Below are positions 1 through 10,500 of a stretch of 64,000 nucleotides of DNA, piece by piece; positions within the stretch are counted from its first letter, which is position 1; each line of letters opens with the position of its first letter. The translations under genes and the position numbers were made by a program. The DNA is from Patescibacteria group bacterium. Lineage in GTDB: Bacteria > Patescibacteriota > Dojkabacteria > J137. The DNA is taken from positions 5,508 through 69,507 of the forward strand of contig CAUJCN010000002.1 of NCBI GenBank assembly GCA_963169855.1, read 5' to 3'. The notes below the pieces were generated by a model. The model had not been told where the DNA came from. It searched no databases and saw nothing but the letters and a program-made list of their open reading frames with translations.

Positions 1-107
1 CTCTGTTATTTACAATTGTTCTACCAGACTGTGCTTCACCAGTAGAAATTGTTGCTTGTGTTTTATTCTTCTGCTTAATTGCATTCTCAATCACGTTATC
101 TAATTAG
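1..107 (-). repeat. Truncated duplicate of the secA 3' end. It matches 1078-1184 at about 91% identity, including a 53-nt perfect block (55-107 = 1132-1184). The copy continues beyond the window edge.
   Basis: Direct alignment of the window start to the secA C-terminal coding region. In the secA frame the copy reads TAA stop then LDNVIENAIKQKNKTQATISTGEAQSGRTIVNNR... and runs off the window. Confidence 0.6.
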
Positions 108-140
108 ATCTGTAGCGATAGATTCCTATAATAATTTTTA

Positions 141-863
141 CTAAATTTTCAGGTAATTTAATATCACTGCAAAATTTAATCCAAAACCTATTAAGTACGC
201 TAGAACGAATAAGATTTTAGCTATCGGTTTTCCAAAAGTGATAGTAAAGTTATTTAAGTTTGATGCTACATCCACATTGTAATCTCTAAGCTGATTGTAT
301 AAAGCTCCACCTATAGAGACTAGGGTAACTCCAAAATAAACAAACCAGAATGTTTCTGAAAATGATCCCCCAGGAAAGGTATTGAATAGAATCGGTTGAA
401 AAGCTGCTAAGGCAAAACTGTGGGAAACGATATCAAAAATTGGGTATGATTTAAATCTAATTGGTTTCCACGAATAAAAGTGACCCGCAAGAATCGCTGC
501 AAAAGATATCATTAGAGTGTTTACTCCTCCAATAAAGAATGAAAGGATTAGTGCAAAAGCAGCTGTAAATTTCAAAATTGCTAGTCCTTCTGTGTAAGAT
601 ATTAGTCCAGCAGAAATTGGGTTTCGTAGTTTCTTTTTTTCGTCCAATGCATCATCTTCTGCATCTTCAAGATCATTAACAATAAATGAGTAACAATGAA
701 TTGCTAGTGAAATTATCGCAGCAACTAGCAAGTAAGGAATACTTACAGAATTGTTTGTTGCTATTATTGAAACTGCAGTCAGAAGAATAAAGTAATCACC
801 AACGATTACTTTTATTCTTGAAAGTTTGTAGAAAGCTGTAATGTATTTAGCAATTGGATTCAT
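141..863 (-). CDS. UbiA-family prenyltransferase (polytopic membrane protein)
   Basis: 240 aa with several predicted TM helices. Asp-rich motif VNDLEDAEDDALD (NDxxDxxxD) is typical of the UbiA superfamily. ATG start verified. Confidence 0.65.
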   Translation of the reverse strand: MNPIAKYITAFYKLSRIKVIVGDYFILLTAVSIIATNNSVSIPYLLVAAIISLAIHCYSFIVNDLEDAEDDALDEKKKLRNPISAGLISYTEGLAILKFTAAFALILSFFIGGVNTLMISFAAILAGHFYSWKPIRFKSYPIFDIVSHSFALAAFQPILFNTFPGGSFSETFWFVYFGVTLVSIGGALYNQLRDYNVDVASNLNNFTITFGKPIAKILFVLAYLIGFGLNFAVILNYLKI

Positions 864-954
864 AATATGAATGAACTAGATCTCGCATGGTTCGAGAGCC
901 TCACCATGACTCTGCGTGATCTGTTGTCTAAAATTTAATTCTTACTTAAGTGTA

Positions 955-3900
955 TTAAATTAATACGCAAAGTCCAGCTTTTAGATCTTCTTCTACCTTT
1001 TTATATTTAACATCCTTTAATTCTCTACCGTCAGAATATCGAACGCTTACCTTATCATTTCTTCCAATTTCATCTACTCTGTTGTTTACAATCGTTCTGC
1101 CAGATTGAGATTCACCTGTAGAAATTGTAGCTTGTGTTTTATTCTTCTGCTTAATTGCATTCTCAATCACGTTATCTAATTTATTTGTCGTAGTTTCTGT
1201 TGGAATAAATTCTCTGTCCTCTGTTGAAACGTCTTTAATATCTTCGGTATTTGTATCAAGAATTTGTCGTCCTGTTTGAGGCACAGGTACTTCCGTAACT
1301 TTTGAAACATTCAAAATCTTTTTTACAAACTCAGCATTGATCTTTGCAATAAATGATCTGAAAACGTTAAATGCTTCGTTTTTGTATTCAACTAGTGGAT
1401 CTTTTTGTGCGTATGCTTGTAGCCCGATTCCGTCCCTTATATCTTTCATCAATTCTAAATGATCAACCCAAGCATTATCTGTATTCTGGAACATTATTAC
1501 TTTTGATAGATAATAGAAGTCGTCTCCGAATTCTTCAACCTTTTTATCAAAAGCTTGTTTCGCGATTTTTGCCAATTCAGCTGCGGTATCCTTATTATTT
1601 AATTCCTTTGTCTTGTCGTTAAATTGTCCAAAATTTACATACTCTGTGTATTGCACCGGAACCATTGTAAAGAATTCTCTCATTGCTTTTTCAAATGCCT
1701 GAGTTTTATCTTTCAACTCTCTAACTTCTTCGATTACTTCTGATGTTTCTCCGTTATATAAATCCTCAACAAGGGTTCTCAATTTCTTTTTACTATCTTC
1801 TATTCTTTCTAATAGTTCAGATTTTCTATTCGTATCCTCAACTTTATCCACTTCAACCAAATCTTGGTTAATTAAAAATCTTCCATTAGAACCCTCTGAT
1901 AAGTTAAGCATTTCTCTTCTTCTTGTATAGAAAATTTCTCTATGTTGATTCATTACATCATCGTAGTCTACAACTCTTTTTCTATAGTCGAAGTTTACGT
2001 TTTCAATTCTTTTCTGAGCTCCTTCGATTTGTCTTGAAATCAACTTCATTTCGATTGGCATATCATCTTTCAGCCCAACCATTCCTAGTAATCTTGACAT
2101 CATTTCTCCTCCAAGAATTCTTAAAAGATTGTCTTCCATAGATGTGTAGAATCTGGAACTTCCCGGTTCTCCCTGTCTTCCTGTTCTTCCTCTTAGCTGG
2201 TTATCAATTCTTCTTGCCTCGTGTCTTTCTGTACCAATAACGTGAAGTCCACCAACCGCAGCAATTTCTTTCCATGCATCGTCTCCTCTTTTTCCTCCTC
2301 CGATAATAATGTCTGCTCCTCTACCCGCCATGTTTGTTGCAACTGTTACTGCACCTTTTCGTCCAGCCTTCTCGATAATTTTTGCTTCTTGTTCGTGATA
2401 TTTTGCGTTTAATACTTCGTGTGCAATTCCCGCCTGGTCTAAAAGTTGCGATACAATTTCAGATTTATCAACAGACGCAGTACCGATAAGTACAGGTTGT
2501 CCAACAGCGTGTCTTTCTTTTACCTCCTCAATTACAGCTTTAAATTTTGCTTCTTGAGTTTTGTAAATTCTATCGGGGTGGTCAACTCTGATAATAGGTT
2601 TGTTGGTTGGCATTGTGACAGATTCGAGTCCATAAATTTTGTAGAACTCTTCTGCTTCTGTAAGAACTGTTCCAGAACCTCCGCAAAGAACTTTGTAAAG
2701 TCTAAAGAAATTTTGGAATGTAATAGTTGCAAATGTTTTGCTTTCCTGTTGTATCTGGACTCCTTCTTTTGCCTCGATTGCTTGATGCAAACCTTCGGAA
2801 TATCTTCTTCCTTTTAAAATTCTTCCTGTAAATTCATCGACGATTAAAACTTCACCGCTTTTTACTAAATAATGTTCGTCTCGGATGTAAAGAGTCTTTG
2901 CTTTAAGTGCGTTTTCGATGTGGTAAGCTGAAGAATAATCTTTCCAGATATTATCTACTCCCAAATTCGCTTCAACTTGAACAATCCCTTCTTCTGTTAA
3001 ATTTGCCGACCTGCTTTTATGATCTATAATGTAATGTTTTCCTTCTTCCAGATTTATTACTGCTTGAGCAAACTTCATGTATTTATCAGTATCTGCATCA
3101 CTTGGAACTCCAGAAATAATCAGCGGTGTTCTAGCTTCATCGATTAAGATTGAGTCAGCCTCGTCAACAATACAAAAATATAGTTCTCTTTGAGAAATTC
3201 CTGAGAGTTCCCATGCCATATTGTCTCTTAGATAGTCGAATCCAAATTCGTTGTTTGTTCCGTATGTAATATCACAGTTGTAACTTTCTCTTTTTGTACA
3301 TTCAAGAAGGTTTGCTGAGTCCAAACTGCTTAGATTTACTGTTGTACCCATTGCTTCTCTTTTTGTTTGAGCTTCATCACCTTTTAGAAGTTTAATTTGA
3401 TCATCAGCAATAAATTTATAAGAAATTTGTGAATTGATAATTCCAACAACTAATCCTAATTCAATTGCAATATGTCCAGCGTATTCACCGTCTCTTCTAG
3501 AAAGATAGTCATTAACAGTAACCAGATGTGCTCCTCTTCCAGCTAATGCGTAAAGAATCAAAGGGAGTTGGAATGTCATAGTTTTTCCTTCTCCTGTAAA
3601 CAATTCAGCTAATCGTTGGCCTTGAGCCAAAACTATCCCAGCTTTTAACTGAACATCATGATATCTAAATCCCATTTTTCTAAAGAATACTTCATCTACA
3701 TAAGCGTAGACTTCAGGCATTACTTCGTATAGTTTTTTCTGAATAGCCTTTTCGTTCTCAGGTAAACCTTTACCTCTTTCTACTTTAGATAATGAAAGTT
3801 TGTCGTCTGCTGGGATTGCATCAACAAGTAATTTTAATTCTGCTTTAATTTCTTTAATCCTTGTTCGAATTTGTTCATAAGACATGTCTGGAGTTTTTGT

Positions 3901-3984
3901 TCTCCATTCTTTAATTTCGTTCAAAGGCTTGTCAGTCTTGGATAATTGTCCTGTATTTGAGTCAAAAAATGAGAAAAATTTCAT
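955..3984 (-). CDS. secA: Preprotein translocase ATPase SecA
   Basis: About 1000 aa with SecA DEAD-like motor motifs (GEGKT Walker A, DEADSILIDEARTPLIISG, TNMAGRGADI). The ORF-table start at 4005 is TTG; the ATG at 3984 (MKFFSFF...) is likelier. No C-terminal zinc-finger tail. Confidence 0.92.
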   Translation of the reverse strand: MKFFSFFDSNTGQLSKTDKPLNEIKEWRTKTPDMSYEQIRTRIKEIKAELKLLVDAIPADDKLSLSKVERGKGLPENEKAIQKKLYEVMPEVYAYVDEVFFRKMGFRYHDVQLKAGIVLAQGQRLAELFTGEGKTMTFQLPLILYALAGRGAHLVTVNDYLSRRDGEYAGHIAIELGLVVGIINSQISYKFIADDQIKLLKGDEAQTKREAMGTTVNLSSLDSANLLECTKRESYNCDITYGTNNEFGFDYLRDNMAWELSGISQRELYFCIVDEADSILIDEARTPLIISGVPSDADTDKYMKFAQAVINLEEGKHYIIDHKSRSANLTEEGIVQVEANLGVDNIWKDYSSAYHIENALKAKTLYIRDEHYLVKSGEVLIVDEFTGRILKGRRYSEGLHQAIEAKEGVQIQQESKTFATITFQNFFRLYKVLCGGSGTVLTEAEEFYKIYGLESVTMPTNKPIIRVDHPDRIYKTQEAKFKAVIEEVKERHAVGQPVLIGTASVDKSEIVSQLLDQAGIAHEVLNAKYHEQEAKIIEKAGRKGAVTVATNMAGRGADIIIGGGKRGDDAWKEIAAVGGLHVIGTERHEARRIDNQLRGRTGRQGEPGSSRFYTSMEDNLLRILGGEMMSRLLGMVGLKDDMPIEMKLISRQIEGAQKRIENVNFDYRKRVVDYDDVMNQHREIFYTRRREMLNLSEGSNGRFLINQDLVEVDKVEDTNRKSELLERIEDSKKKLRTLVEDLYNGETSEVIEEVRELKDKTQAFEKAMREFFTMVPVQYTEYVNFGQFNDKTKELNNKDTAAELAKIAKQAFDKKVEEFGDDFYYLSKVIMFQNTDNAWVDHLELMKDIRDGIGLQAYAQKDPLVEYKNEAFNVFRSFIAKINAEFVKKILNVSKVTEVPVPQTGRQILDTNTEDIKDVSTEDREFIPTETTTNKLDNVIENAIKQKNKTQATISTGESQSGRTIVNNRVDEIGRNDKVSVRYSDGRELKDVKYKKVEEDLKAGLCVLI

Positions 3985-4066
3985 ATGTTTAAGCTTTAAA
4001 TTCAAAAAAGTAACTAAGTATTATACTGCTAGAAAGCGTATAGTCAAAAAAATGATTTAATATTAT

Positions 4067-4717
4067 CTACAATCTGAAAAATCCAATTATTCGATAAATC
4101 GTTTCGAAAGGATATTCCATATGGTACATCTTCATATTCTCTGTCAGAGCAATCAATCGTGCTTGTTCAACATCGTCCAAAGTTAAAACATATGTAGCAA
4201 TTACTGAAGATTCAAAAAGAACTTTTTTAACAAGTTGAATATGTACGATTGAAACTGCTAATGAAATTATTTGTAACCCTAAAGTAAAGATTAGTAATGC
4301 TGTCTGTAACTCTCCGTTTGTCGTTAATCCTAAAATAAATGAAAAAATCGTTCCTAAAAATAGAAAGTTAAGAATCTGAGGAAGTTTAACGTATGCCTTG
4401 AAGTCTCTTCTTCCAATCTCGCTCTGGAAAATGAAATAATAAAGAGTAAATAAATCAGAGAATAGTAAATGTTTTCTACTAATTAATAATGTATTCTCGA
4501 AGTAGAACGCTGGTAGAGAAATTTCGTCTGTTGCTCTGATAGCGAGTGATACTTTAAATTCTTTCCAGTATCTTTCTACAAGTTCAGCCAACCTAGTTTG
4601 TTGTCCTATTGGAATAATAAATTTATGTTTGATTTCTCTTCGGGAAGCTCCAGCATATAGAGCCAGGATCAATTGAGAAACAAAAACTAGTATTATTATC
4701 ACCAATAGAATGGTCAT
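4067..4717 (-). CDS. Hypothetical polytopic membrane protein, stop/start-adjacent to clpC
   Basis: 216 aa with multiple hydrophobic segments and no recognisable motif. The ATG at 4715-4717 lies 1 nt downstream of the clpC stop. Confidence 0.5.
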   Translation of the reverse strand: MTILLVIIILVFVSQLILALYAGASRREIKHKFIIPIGQQTRLAELVERYWKEFKVSLAIRATDEISLPAFYFENTLLISRKHLLFSDLFTLYYFIFQSEIGRRDFKAYVKLPQILNFLFLGTIFSFILGLTTNGELQTALLIFTLGLQIISLAVSIVHIQLVKKVLFESSVIATYVLTLDDVEQARLIALTENMKMYHMEYPFETIYRIIGFFRL

Positions 4718-4718
4718 A

Positions 4719-7196
4719 CTATTTTTCTAAAGAAAATTTATTATTATCAAACTTCATTATGACAGAATCTCCTTTCTTTAACGACTCTTTTAAGATTTGT
4801 TCAGAAATAAAATTATCGATTTCTCTTTGAACTGTTCTTCTGACTTGTCTAGCACCAAATTGTGGACTGTAGCTGACTCTTCCAACTTCATCAATAACGC
4901 TTTGATCAAAAGATATCTTAATTCCTTGTTCACTTAAGAGTTTCTTTGTATTTTCTAATGCAAGAACAACAATCTTATCGATTTCCTGAGCTGTTAGCGC
5001 TTTAAATACTACTACATCATCAAGTCTATTTATGAATTCTGGTTTGAAGTATTTATTCAGTAAAAGCATAAGTTGACTTTTTAAATCCTCCCATTTTGGA
5101 ATTTGATCTTTTGGATTCTTCATTTTAATCAAACTCTTTTTTGGCTCTTCTGGTTTAAATGCATCCATAATCTTGCTGACTTCGTCTGCGCCAATTTTAG
5201 CCATAATTAGTTCGGCTCCAATGTTACTAGTTGCAATAATGATTGTATTTTTAAAATCGATTAGTCTACCTTTGCCATCTGTAATTCTTCCGTCATCCAT
5301 AACCTGAAGGAGAATGTTAAACACATCTGGATGAGCTTTTTCAATTTCATCTAATAAGATTACAGAATAAGGTTTTCTCCTAACTTTTTCTGTTAACTGA
5401 CCGCCTTCGTCATAACCAACATATCCTGGAGGAGCGCCGATTAATCTTGTAACAGAAAATTTTTCCATGTATTCGCTCATGTCGATTCTGATCATTGCAT
5501 CTTCATCCCCAAAAACCAACTCTGACAGTGCTTTTGCAAGCTCGGTTTTTCCAACTCCAGTTGGTCCTAAAAATAAGAAAGAAGCTATAGGTCTTTTTGG
5601 ATCTTTCAATCCAGTTCTTGCTCTCCGCACAGCTTGGGCAACTGTAGTTACTGCTTCATTTTGTCCTATGATTCTTTTATGTAGGTTTTCTTCTAGATGA
5701 AGTAAATTTTCCTTTTCTTCTCGATTTAAATCTGTAATAGGAACTCCAGTCATTCTAGAAATCACTTCGTTTATATCCTGTACAGTAACTTCAGGTGTAC
5801 CTGTTCCTCTTTCCATTAACCACTGAGATTCTATTGGCTTAAGTTCTTCCTTTATCTTTTCTACCTCAACTTTTAATTCAGCTGCTTCCTTTAATTCTCC
5901 TGATCTTGTTAAAGATTCTCTTTCTGTTTCTAATTTTTTGATTTTATTCTTTAAGTTTTGAACTTCTACGGGTTCTCCAGCAAATTTAAGTCTAACTCTG
6001 CTGCTTGCCTCGTCTAAAACATCTATAGCTTTATCAGGTAAAAATCTATTCTTGATATATCTGTTTGATAAATTCGCAGCCGCAGAAAGTGAATCATCGT
6101 TTATTTTCAATTTATGGTGAGCTTCGTATCTTGGCTTAACACCCTTAAGGATTTGCAAAGTTTCTTCTACTGTAGGTTCGTCTACCACAACAGGTTGAAA
6201 TCTTCGTTCTAGTGCAGCATCTTTTTCAATATATTTTTGATATTCCTGTAAAGTCGTTGCTCCAATAACTTGAAGTTCTCCTCTAGCTAAAGCTGGTTTT
6301 AACATGTTCGAGAAATCCAATTCTCCTTGTTGTGCTCCAGATCCAACAATTGTGTGAAGTTCATCTATGAATAAAATTACGCTTCTTTCTGCTTTTTCTA
6401 AATCTTGGATTAGTTTTTTTGCTCTTTCTTCGAATTCTCCTCTGAATTTTGAACCCGCTACAAGTGATGCTAAGTCTAAAGATTTAACTTTTTTATCTCT
6501 CAAAACTTCTGGAACTTGACCACTTATAATTCGTTGTGCGAGTCCTTCAGCAATTGCAGTTTTTCCAACTCCTGGTTCTCCAATCAAAACTGGGTTATTC
6601 TTTTTTCTCCTCGAAAGAATTTCAACAACCCTGGTTATCTCTTCATCTCTACCCACAACAGGATCGATTTTATCTAGTCTCGCCATTTCTGTAAGATCTT
6701 TTGTGAATTCATCCAAAGTTGGTGTTTCTGATTTACCATTTACTCCTGAACCTTCGATATCGCCTTCTCCAATGACTTTTATAACTGCTTGCCTTGCTTG
6801 AGAGTGGCTTATGGCGTATTTTCTCAAAACCTGTGCGGCTAAACCTTCCTGTTCTAAAATTAGACCTAGAAGAATATGTTCTGTTCCGATATACGTATGG
6901 TTTAATGCTAATGATTCTTGGTATGCTAATTGAACAACTTGAGAAGCTCTTGGCGAGAAGGTTGGATTTTGAGTAGGATAATTACCTTCTGGCATTAATC
7001 TTTCGAGCTGATTTGCTAGTTCCTCTCCATTGATTCCCAACTCCTTGAATATTTTAGTCATTACAACACTATCTTTCGTCAATCCCCACAACATCTGTTC
7101 AGTATCAACTGATCTTTGTTTCTTTTCGATAGCTTTTGAAATTGCGTTTTGAAGAGCTTCGTTTGTTCTATTTGAAAATAATTCTGAAATGTTCAT
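4719..7196 (-). CDS. clpC: Clp/Hsp100 AAA+ chaperone, ClpC-type (two AAA+ modules, Clp_N repeats)
   Basis: 825 aa with two Walker A motifs ([16 protein letters not shown]), N-terminal Clp repeat region and a sensor-2 C-terminal region. The length fits ClpC rather than ClpB. Confidence 0.88.
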   Translation of the reverse strand: MNISELFSNRTNEALQNAISKAIEKKQRSVDTEQMLWGLTKDSVVMTKIFKELGINGEELANQLERLMPEGNYPTQNPTFSPRASQVVQLAYQESLALNHTYIGTEHILLGLILEQEGLAAQVLRKYAISHSQARQAVIKVIGEGDIEGSGVNGKSETPTLDEFTKDLTEMARLDKIDPVVGRDEEITRVVEILSRRKKNNPVLIGEPGVGKTAIAEGLAQRIISGQVPEVLRDKKVKSLDLASLVAGSKFRGEFEERAKKLIQDLEKAERSVILFIDELHTIVGSGAQQGELDFSNMLKPALARGELQVIGATTLQEYQKYIEKDAALERRFQPVVVDEPTVEETLQILKGVKPRYEAHHKLKINDDSLSAAANLSNRYIKNRFLPDKAIDVLDEASSRVRLKFAGEPVEVQNLKNKIKKLETERESLTRSGELKEAAELKVEVEKIKEELKPIESQWLMERGTGTPEVTVQDINEVISRMTGVPITDLNREEKENLLHLEENLHKRIIGQNEAVTTVAQAVRRARTGLKDPKRPIASFLFLGPTGVGKTELAKALSELVFGDEDAMIRIDMSEYMEKFSVTRLIGAPPGYVGYDEGGQLTEKVRRKPYSVILLDEIEKAHPDVFNILLQVMDDGRITDGKGRLIDFKNTIIIATSNIGAELIMAKIGADEVSKIMDAFKPEEPKKSLIKMKNPKDQIPKWEDLKSQLMLLLNKYFKPEFINRLDDVVVFKALTAQEIDKIVVLALENTKKLLSEQGIKISFDQSVIDEVGRVSYSPQFGARQVRRTVQREIDNFISEQILKESLKKGDSVIMKFDNNKFSLEK

Positions 7197-7514
7197 ATTA
7201 AAATTGTACTAATTTTAAAAAACTAAATGTATATTTAATTTCTTGCCTTTCAAAATATATTTTAGCAGGTTACTCGCCAAACTGCCAATATTCGAAAAAT
7301 TCTAAATCATAAGTACTAAGTTAGAAGGATAATGGTCTACAGTTAAATCTAAAGTGCAGAGTCATACTGAGCATGTCGAAGTACAGACACGAAGATTAAA
7401 GAGCTAAGTTTCAAAATTCAAAACTAAAGATCAAATATATCTAACTAAAAGCCCATCGCCCACAGCTCATAGCTTTTTGTAATAACGTTGAAGTGATAGC
7501 AGTAATACTTTAGA

Positions 7515-10500
7515 ATGAGTAAGATTATGGACGAGTCTCCTAAACGTTATACGAGATCAATTTTAGCGCTTGTTGTTGTTATCGGATTGATATCAACTGT
7601 AGGCTTAATTCGAGATCTATCTAAACAAGGTATAAGACCCTTTGGGTTTATCGAAAATGTTCTGGCTCAAGTTACTCAAAGCAACGCACTATCCTCAGTT
7701 TTTGTTTCTCAAAATGAAGAACCAGTTTTAAGGAAAGTTTTTGATTCTACCGATAGATGTAGACCATCAGGGGTTAATCCTTTAATTCCTGGAAAAGGTG
7801 GTATTAATTTGGCTGCTTTAGACTCCAATACATGGAGGTCTGTAATTGACTACTCTCACGGTAAGAATGATGTTAACGAGCAGTTGAATATGGGTTATCA
7901 ACTAGGAATGTTTACAGATCCGAACGATAGTGGCTCAGCTGCAGAATTCATTATTGATACAAGTAAAGCAGGAATGATTCCTATAGTTAGACTTTGTTAT
8001 CCTGGAGGATGTAATTTCCAAATAGATGTTCCATTGTTAAGAAATCCAGATAACGTACAAGAAATGGCAGCAGCGGAATTTCAGAGCCAATTTGCTACAC
8101 ACGATATTGTAGATTTCTACAAAGCAATCATTAATGAACTTGATAGAAGAATTGGTGGTAACAAAGTTTATAACGAAGATATTTCTAATCTTCAGGGGTA
8201 TGAATTTGTTGCTCTCGTAGGTCCAAACGAACCTGGGACAGCTGGGGAAATGCAAGCATTTGGAATTGATAACTATGATACTTTGGTTAGATCTGTAAAT
8301 GAAGCTGGTTATTATCTGCAAAAATTGAGGGTTGCGAATGGCGGGATAATGTATCTTGCACCAGGTGCATTCAACTTATCTAATACACAAGGTGATGATT
8401 TGAAAGAATTCTTTGGACCAATTGAACGAAATAACGGTGGAGTGCAGACTACAACGCAAAATGGAACAGAGTTGAAAGTCGAGTACTTTGATTATGTATT
8501 AGGTAATGCCTATGATCAAGATTCTACTGACCCTAGTCATGAACCTACAACCGCTGCAACGTATGTTACAAACGGAAATGGAGGTTCTGGCATCAACTTA
8601 AACTATGTAAGTAGGAAATACGATCTTCCAATCATTCTGACTGAGTTTGGAACTTTCAATGGCAATATGGCAACTTTTAAATATTCATTTAAACAACTTT
8701 GTCTTAATGATAATGTAGAGGGAATTTTGTTTTTTAGAAATATTGCGGAGCTTCAAGAGCTATCACCTGAACCAAGACCACTACAAGTATCTACCGAGGT
8801 TATTAGAGATATGACTTTGGGCTGTTCACGAAAAATCACATTCCCAAACTGTAATTTTGACACGACACTTTACGCAACCACTCGTTCGTTAGCAGATACA
8901 GTCCCTGATTCTTTAGCAAAAGCCGAAAGCTTCTGTTCGGTTGTAGACGAAGACTACGAAACTAAAGCAGCAGTCACAGGAGGCTCAGGCTATAGAGTTG
9001 TTTGTGGAGATGCAGGAAATGGTAGAACACATTGTTCGGCAAATGCTCAAAATACTTTGCAAATAGGACTTCCAATAAATAGCTTTGGAAGTAATTCTGC
9101 GTTTGGAACAAGAACAAGACAATTCCCTTCCTACAATGTCGAAGCTTATGCTTCACAGAGCAATCAAGCAGTGGACAGTTTGAATCAATTTGCTGGAAAA
9201 ATTACAGTTGGTGGAATCACTTACCCAATGCCGTGGCTGGGATCTGCAATCCAAAACTCATCAGAGATAATCATGGATAATATACACCAAGGTGATGTGG
9301 TTGGAGAAACATTAGTTTCCCCTGGACTTGAAGTATATTCTTCGATTGCGGATATAGCAGGAGATTCTGGAAAAGGTTTAGCTAGATCAGTGCCTTACAG
9401 CACAAGTGGAATTTCTAAAGATGGGAAGATACCAGATGAAAGAACGGTTTTAGCAAACGACATTGTTTTTGACAAAGCATTATTGTCTGACCTTCAAGCA
9501 TTAAGACCATACAATCCTTCGACATTTAATTCAGCTTCTGAATTTCCTACCTATCCAATGAGTTGCAATTCAACAGGAAGATATGTAAGTAATGCAGATG
9601 ACTATATTTATGGTCCTGAGATTCAGCTTCAAAATAAAGCTGTTTGGGATGGTTCTGGGGGTCGAATGTGTGCACTGGTAGCAAACCGATATGGATCATC
9701 ATCACCGAGAGTAGAATCTTTGGATCCACTAAATTGTCAGGTATTAGAAGATCAGTTTTACATAAGTCCTTCGTTTGGAGCAATCTCTTGTAGAGCAGCT
9801 TTGCCAGCTTGTGCCCAGTCAGCCGATGGAATAAACGGAGGTTTCTGCTATATAGAACCTGATGTAGCCGATCAATGTTTGAATTTCGTGCCTCCTGATA
9901 CAGGATTCAGAGGTGTTAGAGTTTATGTTTATTCTAATACATTAGATGATATAGATGCTAAAGTCGAGATCCCTGGAATTTATGATTCTATATTCAGATT
10001 AAAAGATTTAATGAATCGTGAATTTAAAACTAACGATTTGAAGCTTGTTATGCAAGAAGGTTATGGATGGGAAGTTGAGGTAAAACTAACTACACGAGAT
10101 ACATCTGATATTGCAAACCAAGTAGTGCATCAATATGTAACAACAGATGCAGAGAAAGACGTTTCGAATTTTGAAGGTGAAAAAGTTAACATGTCTTCTC
10201 CAAACTACGTTGTTCGACAATTCATGCCTGCAAAAGAATTAAGCCAGAAAACAAATAAATCGTATATTAAAGATTTAGAATATCTAAATCAAATTAACGA
10301 AATTAGGTCGGTTTACTTGTCTGATCCTAACTCAAGTCATCCTAATAATTTAAGTGAGTATTTTAGTGGAGTAACTAATCCATTTTATGATCCATCTGAT
10401 ACTTCAAAACCAAATTTCAATAGACAAAATATTTTGATAAGCGACATGTCTTCTCAAGCAATGTCTTATCCATTATTGAGTTGTGATCAGGTCAATATCT

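Noticed and set aside
1371-2817. Plus-strand ORFs (1371-1622, 1923-2141, 2221-2412, 2446-2817) and minus 2532-2732 inside secA
   Set aside because: They lie fully within the high-confidence secA coding region in other frames and their products are low-complexity (S/F/L/C-rich). They are shadow ORFs.
5467-6976. Plus-strand ORFs 5467-5700 and 6794-6976 inside clpC
   Set aside because: Antisense shadow ORFs within a well-supported AAA+ gene.
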